Source: an uncultured Nitrososphaerota archaeon (lineage in GTDB: Archaea; Thermoproteota; Nitrososphaeria; Nitrososphaerales; CADDZS01). From it: a stretch of DNA of 64,000 nucleotides. The DNA lies in the NCBI GenBank assembly GCA_963799845.1, contig CAWCYI010000004.1, positions 1,728,001-1,792,000 on the forward strand. The letters are read 5' to 3'. A model generated the notes under the pieces. It ran no database searches. It was not told the DNA's origin and saw only the letters and a program-made list of their open reading frames with translations. A program made the translations under genes and the position numbers. Below, piece after piece: positions 10,884-21,180 of the stretch. Within the stretch, counting starts at the first letter, position 1; the number at the start of each line of letters is the position of its first letter.

Positions 10884-11972
10884 TAGGAGTTACGCGGTTG
10901 ACCCAAGAAGATAGATTGGGTGTGCAATGTAGCTCCTTATCGCATCTCTGACGATTCTCGCCTTCGCTTCGTACCAGCTTATCCCGGTCATCAATCTGCA
11001 CAATTCTAGACGTATGAACGCCCTTATTGACATGTGGATGTGATTCAGAATGGATGTCGCCTTCCTGACCTGAGCCCTCTCAATGCCACAACACTGCTTG
11101 ACTCCTCTGTGGTACTCCTCGATTCCCCATCCTTGGTCAGAGAGTTCATCTCTCTTTTCCTCATTCATCCCAACGTCATCGGTAGCCCAGTGTTCAATGT
11201 CTCCTTTCTTGGAGGCTGTCCTGAACACCCTGACCATTCCGAATCCCATGAGATGAACCGTGGTTCCCTCAGGCGGGATCTCCACGTCCTTGATTGGTTT
11301 GTTTCCTTTTTTTCTGCCCGTTGGATTGACGAGCCTGTTCTCCTTGAGGCGGCAGAAGAAATGCCACCCGAGCTCCCTTGCGATGAGCTTCAGATTTTCC
11401 ATGCTCGAGTACCAGCTGTCAAAGAGGACGTATTTTGGTTCCATCCCTCTCTGCTTTGCAACCAACAACATGTCCTGGAAGTGATCGTTCTTGGTGAGAC
11501 CGTCTTTTGACGCATTGTAGAGTCTAAAGTCACATGGAATGAGGGCGTTACCATCGCTCCATAGTGTTGTGATGAGATTTATCCCCTTCACCACACTGTG
11601 GTGTTTTCCGCTCCAGTGGTACGTGACGTAATCCATCTTCTCCGCGTACGGTTTGTCCAGAGTTGAATCATCGACTATCAGTACTCCTCCCGCAGTAACG
11701 GCGATGATCCTCTTCGCCTCATCCCAGAGCGCTTCTGTATCCGCAGGCAGTCTCTCCAGAAGGCGGGTGAAGCTATCGTGTGCTGGCGGCGTGACTCCTG
11801 CATCATCATCAGGCTGACATCTAGCAGCTTCGGTGCAAGCGAATGATTTCTGGGATGCTATCAGGAAGTCTATGTAGTCATTGTCATCGCATTTTGGAGG
11901 GTTCATGCAGCGTCTGATGAACCAGAGAAACAATCCTGGCCAAATTCTTTTCGGCCAAATGCGTAACTCCTA
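10884..11972 (-). mobile_element. IS701-family insertion sequence, 1089 bp
   Basis: Terminal inverted repeats begin TAGGAGTTACGC (12 bp perfect, ~25 bp imperfect). 5-bp target duplication ATTTC at 10879-10883 and 11973-11977. Confidence 0.92.
10890..11933 (-). CDS. IS701-family DDE transposase
   Basis: IVDDSTLDKPYA, LFDSWYSS and WGIEEYHRGVKQ motifs; the real start may be MNPPK (~11906). Confidence 0.92.
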   Translation of the reverse strand: MFLWFIRRCMNPPKCDDNDYIDFLIASQKSFACTEAARCQPDDDAGVTPPAHDSFTRLLERLPADTEALWDEAKRIIAVTAGGVLIVDDSTLDKPYAEKMDYVTYHWSGKHHSVVKGINLITTLWSDGNALIPCDFRLYNASKDGLTKNDHFQDMLLVAKQRGMEPKYVLFDSWYSSMENLKLIARELGWHFFCRLKENRLVNPTGRKKGNKPIKDVEIPPEGTTVHLMGFGMVRVFRTASKKGDIEHWATDDVGMNEEKRDELSDQGWGIEEYHRGVKQCCGIERAQVRKATSILNHIHMSIRAFIRLELCRLMTGISWYEAKARIVRDAIRSYIAHPIYLLGSTA

Positions 11973-12335
11973 ATTTCAATAGTTTTGTTCCTTCCAATGA
12001 AATCTTCAATGCTTGAATAAGGACTTTTGAGTTCAATCTTGCATATTCCAGCGAGCTCTTGATGATCCTGCCTAATGAAATGTAGAATTTCCAACGATTT
12101 CACTTTCATGAGGGGTACTGGCACTGGGAGCATTTGTAGATCCTTGTTCTGAAACTCCAATACTAGCCGATGCATAGAGGATTATCCCATTTCCTCAGCT
12201 TATATTTCTTTGATAGAAAGCCGCGTATATATGGTAGAAAGCTTATCCACGTTTATCTCAGGATCTTTCGAGTAAGTTCGATGGAAAGTCGTTATTTGAA
12301 TTGATTACGGGAAGAGGCAAGTTGAAGATTAATAG

Positions 12336-14900
12336 ATGAAAGCAGATCGTTCGCGGTTTGATTACCTGAACGCCTTTATTAAAAAAAGGCACAGGGTGAT
12401 AGTCGTAGCCTGGATTCTCGCACTTGCTCTATCAGCTCCGCTCACTTTGGACTTTTTCTCATCAATTTCATTCAATGTCGTAAACGGGGGTCCTAGCCTT
12501 AGCGTTCCGAACTCGGAATCGGAGAAGGCTCAGGCTGTACTTAGCGCTCAATTCCCGTCGACCAACACGAGTACCGGTCCAATAATCGTCGTTTTCCAGA
12601 ACCAAAACGTCTACTCAGATGAAGTCAAGGATGATGTTCTTTCGCTAAACCAGACGCTCGGCTCAGATCCGAAGTTAATCAACTTCACTGGAATATTGAG
12701 CCCCTACTCGGAAGAAGGAAGTTTGCTCGATTCGACGATCCCCATCTACATCACACAGATCGCACAAATCGCGGGGCAGCTGCCTAGCTCTGCAAATACG
12801 ACGGCGACATGGGATGCCGCCACGAGAGTCTTCGTCAATACAACTTCAAGTTTGTTCGCATCTTCCCCGCTGTTCACGATAAACGCTTCCTCGCTCTACA
12901 GTCTTCTCTCCCAACTAAATGTCAACAGCACCCCGACTCAGGTTCGAACATCTGTCGCAAATCTTCTCTCGACAGATGGACTTGCTGATTATCCTTACCA
13001 ACTCTCCGCGTCCATCCTGAAAAACTTCGTGAGTCCCGACAACAAAACCATGATCTTTCAGATTGGCTTTTCATCGACACCCAACGCCAGCGTTGTTATA
13101 CAGACTCGAACCGCGGTGCACAGTTCGAGCCTCGCGAGTATTGGAACCATCTACGTGACAGGTAGCCCGGTTTTAGCGGTGGATTTTGCCAACACCGCTC
13201 AGCCAGCTCTAGACGACAGCATTCTACCGGGCCTTATTATTTCACTTCTTGTTGCCGGTCTCTTGTTCCTCTCTCCTGTAGCGGCGCTTGTTCCACTCCT
13301 GATAGCTGGTTTTGCTGTTGGAATATCGCTCGGTTCGGTCTATGGCTTGGTGGTGGTCGTCCAGCATGGCCAGATCAATTTTGCTGTCCCGTTTCTCATG
13401 ATTCTGACGATGCTCGGTCTGGCTGTGGACTATTCGGTACTGCAACTCAGAAGAACGAAGGAAGAACGAGCGAAGGGCAAGACTCTCCAAGAGAGTGTAG
13501 CTATATCCGTAAGGTGGGCGGGGCAGGCGATTCTGACGGCGGGATTGACGGTGGTAGTAGCCTACATCGTACTATCAGTTACCAACGTACCATTCTTTGG
13601 TGATGTTGGGACAGCGATTGCGATAGGTGTTACGATTTTGCTTGCGGCGTCGATTACGCTCCTGCCCTCACTTGAATTGATGATGGGTGACAGGCTCTTC
13701 TGGCCCAAGCGCGGAATGAGGACTCTGCGAAATTCTTCGAGTAAGGGACGATTAGAGAGGATTACTGAAAAGACTATGCAACGAAGGGTCGCAATCTCTG
13801 TAATATTCACCCTATTGGCTGTTGGCTCTTTCTACCTGGCTTACCAGACTCCATCTGGAATCGACATAACGAAACTCATTCCAAACTTCGAGAGTAACCA
13901 GGGCTTAACAGCGATCACAAACAACCTCGGCGGATCCGTTGTTTCGCCCACTTTAGTTGTAGTAACGTTCCAAACTCCCATCGATTATGGTCAGAATCAA
14001 TTCAACCAGACCCTGCTCAAACAGATTGATGCGATTTCATCGACCATTTCCAGCTCTCAGGGAGTCAGCAGTGTCAGCGGCCCGAGTAGACCCTACGGCG
14101 CTACATTCAACTTTTCAGCACTAGGAGTCTTGCCGCCACCGGTCAGATCACAATATCTGATCGGCATGCTCTCGCAGATTGGAAAGGACAATAGGACTGC
14201 CCTGATCACCGTCGGTCTCTCTGAATCTGCAGAGAGCTCAAAAGCCGTATCCGATTTAATGAGCATCGAGACAGCCGTAGATAAGATTCCACTTCCAGCA
14301 GGCACTACGCTCTACTTCGGTGGGTCTACCCAATCAACGGTTGACAGTCTGAACCTCATAAACGGAGTTCTCCCTCTAGTTGTCCTGATTCTTGCACTGG
14401 GGGTCTATGCTATTCTCTTTGTCCAACTTCGTTCCGTCTTTACGCCTCTTCGCTTGATCTTTACCATTCTTTGCAGCGTAGCATTCGCTCTCGCTCTTCT
14501 CTCTATCGCGTTCTACTACCTGCTTCAGACTCCGGTGGTAAGCCTCGCCCCTCTATTTGTGATCGTTACCATGCTCGGCGTGGGAATAGATTACGACATA
14601 TTCCTAGTGACTAGGATAAGGGAAGAAGCTTTGAGTGGGAAATCAGACCATGACGCCATCAGAACGGCAGTAAACAAGATTTGGGTTACCTTATTCGGCT
14701 TGGGCTTGATATTGTCGAGCGTCTTCGCGTCTCTTGTAGCCAGCGGAATAGGATTGCTACAAGAAATTGGCGTTAGCGTCGCTTCTGCTATCATGGTCGA
14801 TGTCGGTTTGGTCATCTTGTTCTTCGTCGTTTCCCTAATGGCAATCGCGCAGAAGTACAACTGGTGGCCGTCAAGAATTGCAGGAAGAAATCAGGAATAG
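12336..14900 (+). CDS. MMPL/RND-family transporter
   Basis: Two repeats of a TM bundle with GLAVDYS and GVGIDYDIFLVTRIREE motifs, plus large extracytoplasmic loops. Confidence 0.92.
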   Translation: MKADRSRFDYLNAFIKKRHRVIVVAWILALALSAPLTLDFFSSISFNVVNGGPSLSVPNSESEKAQAVLSAQFPSTNTSTGPIIVVFQNQNVYSDEVKDDVLSLNQTLGSDPKLINFTGILSPYSEEGSLLDSTIPIYITQIAQIAGQLPSSANTTATWDAATRVFVNTTSSLFASSPLFTINASSLYSLLSQLNVNSTPTQVRTSVANLLSTDGLADYPYQLSASILKNFVSPDNKTMIFQIGFSSTPNASVVIQTRTAVHSSSLASIGTIYVTGSPVLAVDFANTAQPALDDSILPGLIISLLVAGLLFLSPVAALVPLLIAGFAVGISLGSVYGLVVVVQHGQINFAVPFLMILTMLGLAVDYSVLQLRRTKEERAKGKTLQESVAISVRWAGQAILTAGLTVVVAYIVLSVTNVPFFGDVGTAIAIGVTILLAASITLLPSLELMMGDRLFWPKRGMRTLRNSSSKGRLERITEKTMQRRVAISVIFTLLAVGSFYLAYQTPSGIDITKLIPNFESNQGLTAITNNLGGSVVSPTLVVVTFQTPIDYGQNQFNQTLLKQIDAISSTISSSQGVSSVSGPSRPYGATFNFSALGVLPPPVRSQYLIGMLSQIGKDNRTALITVGLSESAESSKAVSDLMSIETAVDKIPLPAGTTLYFGGSTQSTVDSLNLINGVLPLVVLILALGVYAILFVQLRSVFTPLRLIFTILCSVAFALALLSIAFYYLLQTPVVSLAPLFVIVTMLGVGIDYDIFLVTRIREEALSGKSDHDAIRTAVNKIWVTLFGLGLILSSVFASLVASGIGLLQEIGVSVASAIMVDVGLVILFFVVSLMAIAQKYNWWPSRIAGRNQE

Positions 14901-15198
14901 TAATTGTTGTGGCGTTCCGGTCTGTGGGAATTGGAATTTAAGTTCATATCCGCCAGGAGGCGAGAATCCGATAACGCAGTAGGGACACATTGCGTTCTAT
15001 AACTTCCTTTGCAACTTGGGGAAGAGTTTGGAAATTTGAGAAATCAGATTATCTTGACTTTCTCCAAAATTCACATTGATTTCGTGTCAACTGCTAGTCG
15101 AAGACTGATTCGCACTCGAACTCGAGATTTTACCGGTTAGCACTCGGGGAACACTTACCGCTCTTCCAAGATTCAGAGACGATTTACAAGCTAAGTTG

Positions 15199-15246
15199 TA
15201 CTAGCAAATCCCGAGTGCGAGATGTGGGATTCGCGCACGAACCCTC
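15199..15246 (-). repeat. tRNA(Leu)-like 3' fragment / att-like repeat, copy 1
   Basis: Minus strand reads GAGGGTTCG(TGCGCG)AATCCCACATCTCGCA-CTCGGGATTTGCTAGTA. Positions 15199-15233 match 21139-21173 at 32/35 nt. Confidence 0.7.
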
Positions 15247-15502
15247 TCTTCTCGAGGTACCTGGCTTTCTTGGTGATTGCGAGTCTCTGTCCTTCTCATT
15301 CAAATTTAGTCTCTTCATGACCCAACACTAGAGGGTCAAATCGCAGTAATAACGAACAAGTTGCGTTTAGGTGTAGCGTAACATATCCTCTTTCTTCAAT
15401 TCTCTTTGCTTTAGACTTTGGAAGGGAGAACGGTATCCACAATGTACTTGGACGACATGATAAAGTCAGGCCTAGGAAGTAATCTCGTCCTTACTAGCAA
15501 GT

Positions 15503-15518
15503 CTATCGCATTCGATAG
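15503..15518. promoter_or_regulatory. Putative PadR operator
   Basis: CTATCG-CATT-CGATAG just upstream of a TATATAG box (15534-15540) and the padR start. Confidence 0.45.
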
Positions 15519-15562
15519 TATTCAAGATATTGATATATAGTCTATTCACGTAATTTCTGATC

Positions 15563-16207
15563 ATGGAAAAAGGAAAACGGTTGTCACCCAGCCGAGAGAG
15601 CATGGGACTCTTTGAGAACAGGAGCCCGTATCCTCACGGTGCTCCGAGGGGACTGCTACACTTCTATGCCCTTCTGAGCATAGCTCGCAAGCCAATGCGC
15701 GGTTACGACCTCATGAAAGAAATTGAGATCAAAACTGAGGGAGCTTGGCGCCCTGGACCAGGTGCAGTATATCCTGTGCTCCGGAAACTCGCGAATCAGG
15801 GTAACATTACTGCGAAGAAAAAGGTGGAAGGCGGCCCACACCATGTTCTCTACGAGATAACACCTGGAGGACTCGAGAACATTGCCAACGCCAAGAAGAT
15901 GATGAAATCATCCACGGAACGCTGGAGCCTTATGAGACAGCTATTCATCGATCTGATGGAACCAGAAGACCTAGTAAGATTCGTCCTCAACTCCTTGGAA
16001 CTCCAAATCGAGCTTGTCCACACGCTGGTCGAATCCGATAGAAGCGGCCTGAGCGACCAGGACAAGCTGTTCATCCTTCGCCAGTACAGGCTCAATCTGG
16101 AGAGGGAGCTGACTCGGGCAGTGGCTTCGATAAAAGAGATAGACGGTCGAACTCCCTCGGAGAACCCCGTCGCCGGGGGAGCAGCTTTGGAGGAGAGAAA
16201 GGTTTGA
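15563..16207 (+). CDS. PadR-family transcriptional regulator
   Basis: PMRGYDLMKEI and WRPGPGAVYPVLRKL winged-helix motifs. Confidence 0.92.
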   Translation: MEKGKRLSPSRESMGLFENRSPYPHGAPRGLLHFYALLSIARKPMRGYDLMKEIEIKTEGAWRPGPGAVYPVLRKLANQGNITAKKKVEGGPHHVLYEITPGGLENIANAKKMMKSSTERWSLMRQLFIDLMEPEDLVRFVLNSLELQIELVHTLVESDRSGLSDQDKLFILRQYRLNLERELTRAVASIKEIDGRTPSENPVAGGAALEERKV

Positions 16208-17259
16208 GCGAAACGACACTCCTCTCAGCCGACCTCATCGTCGGAGGCGACTCGATGATCAGGGTTGAGAACCTGACCAAGAAATTCGGCAACTTCGTGG
16301 CCCTCGACGATATTTCGTTTGATGTCAAGAAGGGTGAGATATTCGGTCTACTTGGTCCCAACGGTGCTGGCAAGAGCACAACCTTGCGAATACTTTCCAC
16401 CTTGGCGAGGCCCACCGAAGGGACAGCCACGATTGGCGGCCATGACATCGTGAAGGATGACACAGAAGTTCGCAAGCTGATTGGTATCGTTTCTGAGAAG
16501 ATGATAATGTACGATCGCCTAACAGCAAGAGAAAACCTCTGGTTCTTCGGCAGTCTCTTTGATATTCCAAGCAATGTGCTGACCCAGAGAATTGACGAAC
16601 TGCTGAACCTAGTCCAGCTGACCAAGTGGAAGAATAGTTTGGTGGGGACGTTCTCGACTGGGATGCGGCAAAGGATGAACGTGGTACGGGCCCTGCTGAA
16701 CATGCCCCAAGTGCTGTTCTTGGATGAACCAACTCTAGGTCTGGATCCCCAATCTTCCGTCGAGATCCGGGAATTCGTGAAGAAACTCAACAGAGAGAAC
16801 GGCACGACGATAATCATAACGACGCACACAATGGTCGATGCTGACATGCTGTGCGATCGCATTGCTATCATTGATCACGGGAAGGTAGTTGCCCTAGACA
16901 CCTCGACTAACCTGAAGAAACTGATTTCCGGAGGGGGCGGCACAATTCTGAAACTGGACATTGCCAATCTTACGGCCAACCTCCTCGAGACGATCCGAAC
17001 GCTAGGTTGCGTTAAGTCCGTTACTCAGGAGAATTCCACACAAATCAGAGTGATCGCAAGCGGCAACGACGCATTCGACAATGTAATCGACGCGGTGAGA
17101 AGGAAGGGCGGGAAGATAACATCGATAGAAAACCTGCAGCCATCGCTCGAAGACGTATTCCTGCACTTAACGGGCCACGAAGTCAGAGACAGCGCGGATC
17201 AGAAGATTCCACTAGAAACGCATAGGGGATTTGGGGCCCCACAACGGAGGGTAAGGTGA
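16204..17259 (+). CDS. ABC-2 exporter ATP-binding protein (DrrA-like)
   Basis: GPNGAGKS, FSTGMRQR, LDEPTLGLDP and a C-terminal SLEDVFL motif; the start may be ~16255. Confidence 0.93.
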   Translation: MSETTLLSADLIVGGDSMIRVENLTKKFGNFVALDDISFDVKKGEIFGLLGPNGAGKSTTLRILSTLARPTEGTATIGGHDIVKDDTEVRKLIGIVSEKMIMYDRLTARENLWFFGSLFDIPSNVLTQRIDELLNLVQLTKWKNSLVGTFSTGMRQRMNVVRALLNMPQVLFLDEPTLGLDPQSSVEIREFVKKLNRENGTTIIITTHTMVDADMLCDRIAIIDHGKVVALDTSTNLKKLISGGGGTILKLDIANLTANLLETIRTLGCVKSVTQENSTQIRVIASGNDAFDNVIDAVRRKGGKITSIENLQPSLEDVFLHLTGHEVRDSADQKIPLETHRGFGAPQRRVR

Positions 17260-17265
17260 AACTGG

Positions 17266-18465
17266 ATGGGGGCTAGGACTCTGCTGTCGCACAGTTTCAG
17301 AATCGCTTGGAAGGACCTAGTCGAGCTTGAGAGGAACAAATTCGGTCTGGTCCTGCTCATCGTGATGCCCCTGTTCATGCTGGCATTGGTCGGTTTCATC
17401 TACCCGACAAGTAGCAGTTCGGCCAGCAACCTGCCTGTCGCGATTGTCAACTTGGACGGAGGGTACCACAACTCAACAATCGCAAGCCAGACATTCATTT
17501 CAGTCTTAGATCAGATTAACAGCAAGACCGAGATGATGAAACTCTCCGCATTGCCGAGCGTCTCGGACGTCAAGAGCTCGATTCAAAGCGGCAACCTCGA
17601 AGGCGCGATAGTCATCCCGAGCAATTTCTCGACGAGCCTCCTTAGTGGAAGACAGGGTACGTTGATAATCATGACTGACGAGTCCAACCCTCAAGTATCG
17701 ACAACCATCCAGACGCTGTTGTCCGGGGTTTTCAGCGAGATGGGCATTGCGTTAGCCCAGCAGAATGTTCAGGCTCTCAGTCCAACGGTCAATGCGAGCG
17801 ATTCCCTTGCAATAGTGCAGCCATACAGGGTTCAAACACAGGGCGTCGTTCCCGGCGCCTCCAACTACTTTGACTTCATTGCTCCTGGCATAATGGCCAT
17901 GGTTGTCATGATGAGCGTCATGACGGGGCTACCCGCAGCGATCTCTCTGGAGAAAGAAATCGGCACCATGGACGGGATGATGGTGGCTCCCATTAACAGG
18001 TTGTCAATCATCCTCGGCAAGGCCCTAAGCCAGACGGCGAGAGGCATGATCCAAGGCCTCATAATACTGGTTCTGGCTGTCTTGTTGTTTGGTGTAACGA
18101 TACAAGGGAACATCCTTCTTGTCTTCGGTTTACTTCTGCTTGGCGTGTTCAGCTTTGTCGGCCTGGGCATAGTGATGACCTCGTTCGCGAAGGACCAGCA
18201 GACGGCAACGATGCTGATGACCACCCTGATGTTCCCCATGATGTTCCTGAGTGGAGTATTCTTCCCGATACAGCAGATGCCTTGGTACATGCAGGATATA
18301 TCAAAAGTGCTCCCGCTCACTTATGCATCGAGTGCCCTAAGGAAGGTCATGGTTCTGGGCGCAGGGATACCCGCCATAACCACGGAGCTGACAATCCTGA
18401 TAGGGTTCGGAGTCGTAATGACCGCAATAGCCGTCCCCGTGTTCAGGCGACAGATGACTAGGTAG
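17266..18465 (+). CDS. ABC-2 type permease
   Basis: FIAPGI, EKEIGT, FLSGVFFPI and PLTYA motifs. Confidence 0.92.
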   Translation: MGARTLLSHSFRIAWKDLVELERNKFGLVLLIVMPLFMLALVGFIYPTSSSSASNLPVAIVNLDGGYHNSTIASQTFISVLDQINSKTEMMKLSALPSVSDVKSSIQSGNLEGAIVIPSNFSTSLLSGRQGTLIIMTDESNPQVSTTIQTLLSGVFSEMGIALAQQNVQALSPTVNASDSLAIVQPYRVQTQGVVPGASNYFDFIAPGIMAMVVMMSVMTGLPAAISLEKEIGTMDGMMVAPINRLSIILGKALSQTARGMIQGLIILVLAVLLFGVTIQGNILLVFGLLLLGVFSFVGLGIVMTSFAKDQQTATMLMTTLMFPMMFLSGVFFPIQQMPWYMQDISKVLPLTYASSALRKVMVLGAGIPAITTELTILIGFGVVMTAIAVPVFRRQMTR

Positions 18466-18835
18466 CGGGCATATTCTTTTTCATCTTAGAGGCGGTTGAA
18501 CGGAGCATTCATCATAAAATAATACGGAAGAATCCTCTTAGATCTTATCGGATGAGAAGTTCGTCCGTACAAAACTGCAACGGTACCTACTTTTATTCTC
18601 TTTGGATTTTTCGCATGAAATCAAAACCAAGGTCAATGATTGAGTACAGAATCGTAATCTAGTAGAAGATAGCCTACTCCACTTTGTAGGCAAGTAGTTT
18701 AGCCGAAAGCATCCTGGGCGCGATAACAGATGATGCTACGAATCAATTTTCTCGCACAACTCTGACATCCATATAGCCGGATTCCTAAACTGATTCTCAG
18801 GTACTGATAATCGTCCTCCCAACCTAAATAGTCCG

Positions 18836-19339
18836 ATGTATAACGCACAACGCTACGGTTCTGAGAACAAATGTGAAAGATTCAGCCGTGGGACAAGGCA
18901 GAACGGGATGATGCGACTTTCCAGACCTCTGAGGTTGAAGAATGTCATTGTCGCTTTGGAAAATGACCACGAGGAGATCAGACGTCAGCTACTGATTTTG
19001 CGTATGCAGATCTTGAGAAGTGATTACGAAGGGACTGAGAAAAGGGCAATGGACCTTGAAGGATTCCTGAGGCAGCACTGCATTGATGAGGAATCTAGAG
19101 TGCTGAAAGCCTTGACCGAAGTTTGCGGAAGTAGAGAAGCAGCCGAAGCCGCAGTTGTGTTCCAACAACATCAAGAGACATCTGTCTTACTTGGGAAAAT
19201 GCAACACTCGTCGCAATCTTCTCCAGAGAAGTATTTGTCAGATTTTCTGAGATTAGAGAAAATCCTCACGGATCACATGAAAGAAGAGGAAGAACACATC
19301 TTTCCCCCTCTGATGGATACGATAGAACTTTTGACATGA
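18836..19339 (+). CDS. Hemerythrin/HHE domain protein
   Basis: H...HxxxE...H...HxxxE (DHEE, HCIDEE, QHQE, HMKEEEEHIFP); the start is likely ~18908. Confidence 0.8.
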   Translation: MYNAQRYGSENKCERFSRGTRQNGMMRLSRPLRLKNVIVALENDHEEIRRQLLILRMQILRSDYEGTEKRAMDLEGFLRQHCIDEESRVLKALTEVCGSREAAEAAVVFQQHQETSVLLGKMQHSSQSSPEKYLSDFLRLEKILTDHMKEEEEHIFPPLMDTIELLT

Positions 19340-19550
19340 GAGTCTGAGATTTTAGGTAAATCTGCATGGTGCAAAAGTTTTGAAAGAAGATCTCACTAAG
19401 TCATGTTCATTCAATCAAACTAATTTGCCTTCGGTTGAATAACGGCAAGCAATGCTTGCAATCCCGTTCTCCAAGCGATCGAACTTGATACCGTTGAAGA
19501 CACCTAGTTCGCCCGGAATGAGGAGAGGGGGCCTCCCACTATTAGGAAGG

Positions 19551-20807
19551 TCATTCTTCGCGCGGCAAGAACTTGATTATCATGATTAATGCACAAAATG
19601 CACCTATTGCGCTTGCTACTGGTGGAGCACCAAATCCAAACTCCTGAAAAAGAATCCCTCCGATGATCGGCGCGGGAAAAGCGATTATTCCCCTGAAAGC
19701 CGCGAGCTTTCCCGCGACCTCCGCCCTACGATCATTCGGGGCAACGGTCATCAGCATGGACTGTGCTGCAGGCTGCCAAGCGACACTGGTGAAGGCCCAG
19801 ATCGCAGCGAAGGCCACAAATGCCGGAAGAGTGCGAGCAAAGAATAAGCTCAACATCTGCACGACGCTGAGAGATTCTGATAGCGCAATCGATTTCTTTG
19901 CCCCTATCCTTAGCATCAGTCTCGTGGCGGGAACCTGACCAAGTACGAGGACGACGAAATAGACACCGGAGATGAGCCCGAGCTCAGCATCTGAGTAGTG
20001 ATATTGCGTGGCGATCATGCCGAAGATTATGTACCCCGTGATGCTAAAGGCGAAAAGATCAACTGCAAAAGTAGCAAAGTATCCCCGAAGGCCGCTTGGA
20101 GGGGCGAGCATACCAGTTAGGCGTTTGACGATTCCTCGTATCACATCTTCCCTACGCATCCCATGGCTCGGGACTTCGAACGATCGATTCATTTCTTTGA
20201 GTCTTGCACTGTAGAGAACAAAGTTCACAGCCTCTAGAGATACGGCACTTGCAAAGATCACATAGTAACCGAGACTATCCGCTATGACTCCTCCGAAGAA
20301 GGATGTGAAGGCCGCGGGAATGTTGGAGAACAGGAACACAATACTGTAGGCGATCTTCATCCTTCCGTAATCCAACCCCACGGACTCGGCGATCAACACT
20401 TGGGAAGCTGGTAGACTCAGGAGAGAACTGCCATAGAGCAGATAAGCTGGAACCAGTATGAGAGAAATATGGGTGACAGCTGCGAGCAGAAAAAAAGACA
20501 TCGCGATTATTGCTATGGCACTGCCGGCCCGGACGACGACTTTCCTCCCGAAGAGCTCAGAGAGATATCCTCCGACTGGCTGAACGATCGAGCCGGCGAG
20601 ACCACCAGTCCTGTTCCCGAGTGATTGCAGAATTCCGAGCGTCGCTAAGCTCAGACCCACGCTTAGAGTGAAGGGCTGGAGAATCGTGTTTAGCATTCCG
20701 GTATAGCTGCCCGTTAAGAGACCGCTAATGGACATCACCGCAATGTTGCCCTGAAGCGTCGAAGCAACGATCGAAGGTACAATCCGACTAAAATTTCTTC
20801 CGGGCAT
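19551..20807 (-). CDS. MFS transporter
   Basis: About 12 TM segments and a GYLSELFGRK loop motif. Confidence 0.88.
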   Translation of the reverse strand: MPGRNFSRIVPSIVASTLQGNIAVMSISGLLTGSYTGMLNTILQPFTLSVGLSLATLGILQSLGNRTGGLAGSIVQPVGGYLSELFGRKVVVRAGSAIAIIAMSFFLLAAVTHISLILVPAYLLYGSSLLSLPASQVLIAESVGLDYGRMKIAYSIVFLFSNIPAAFTSFFGGVIADSLGYYVIFASAVSLEAVNFVLYSARLKEMNRSFEVPSHGMRREDVIRGIVKRLTGMLAPPSGLRGYFATFAVDLFAFSITGYIIFGMIATQYHYSDAELGLISGVYFVVLVLGQVPATRLMLRIGAKKSIALSESLSVVQMLSLFFARTLPAFVAFAAIWAFTSVAWQPAAQSMLMTVAPNDRRAEVAGKLAAFRGIIAFPAPIIGGILFQEFGFGAPPVASAIGAFCALIMIIKFLPREE

Positions 20808-20885
20808 TGTCGCGCGACTATGCGAGTTTTCTCTAGATACTTAACACTAGTTTCAAGATGCTGAGGCTTGTCCAAAATCTAGGCA

Positions 20886-21090
20886 CTAGTGAAATTGGAG
20901 CAGCTTTGAGGAGCTTGTAGATTCTGGTATGGATTCCGTTGGAACGATTCCAAGACCGGGTCCTTCTACTTGAATTGCTTCTTTGTCCAATTTCCCATTG
21001 AAGTCGAAATATTCCTCAGGTGGCTCATTCGTAGGACCATCCAGTATGGCACCGGCGTCGATACACGAAGCCACATGCGCGCTACTGGAC
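20886..21090 (-). pseudogene. Possible C-terminal remnant of an enolase-superfamily (MR/MLE) gene
   Basis: SAHVASC...LDG...GPGLGI resembles the MR/MLE C-terminus; no N-terminal part is present. Confidence 0.4.
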
Positions 21091-21138
21091 TAACTATCTT
21101 AGCGATACGCCAACTTGTTTCACAACATTCATGAAACT

Positions 21139-21180
21139 TACTAGTAAACCCCGAGTGCGAGATGTGGGATTTGAACCCCG
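21139..21180 (-). repeat. tRNA(Leu)-like 3' fragment / att-like repeat, copy 2
   Basis: Minus strand GGGGTTCAAATCCCACATCTCGCA equals a T-arm, acceptor 3' strand and discriminator A. TTACTAGTAA palindromes sit at both edges (21138 and 21183). Confidence 0.72.

Larger units (their letters stand above)
10431..12175 (-). pseudogene. HTH_10 (Bat-like) transcriptional regulator interrupted by an IS
   Basis: The C-terminal half has LTEKQ...AYKQGYYDLPR...EHLRKAE. Removing the IS and one TSD copy restores the in-frame junction RNKTIE|MQVLERE. Confidence 0.9.

Noticed and set aside
16092-16871. Long antisense and alternate-frame ORFs (e.g. 16092..16871, 7671..8435, 43016..43612, 62743..63102)
   Set aside because: They are shadows of well-supported genes on the other strand or frame and have no motifs of their own.
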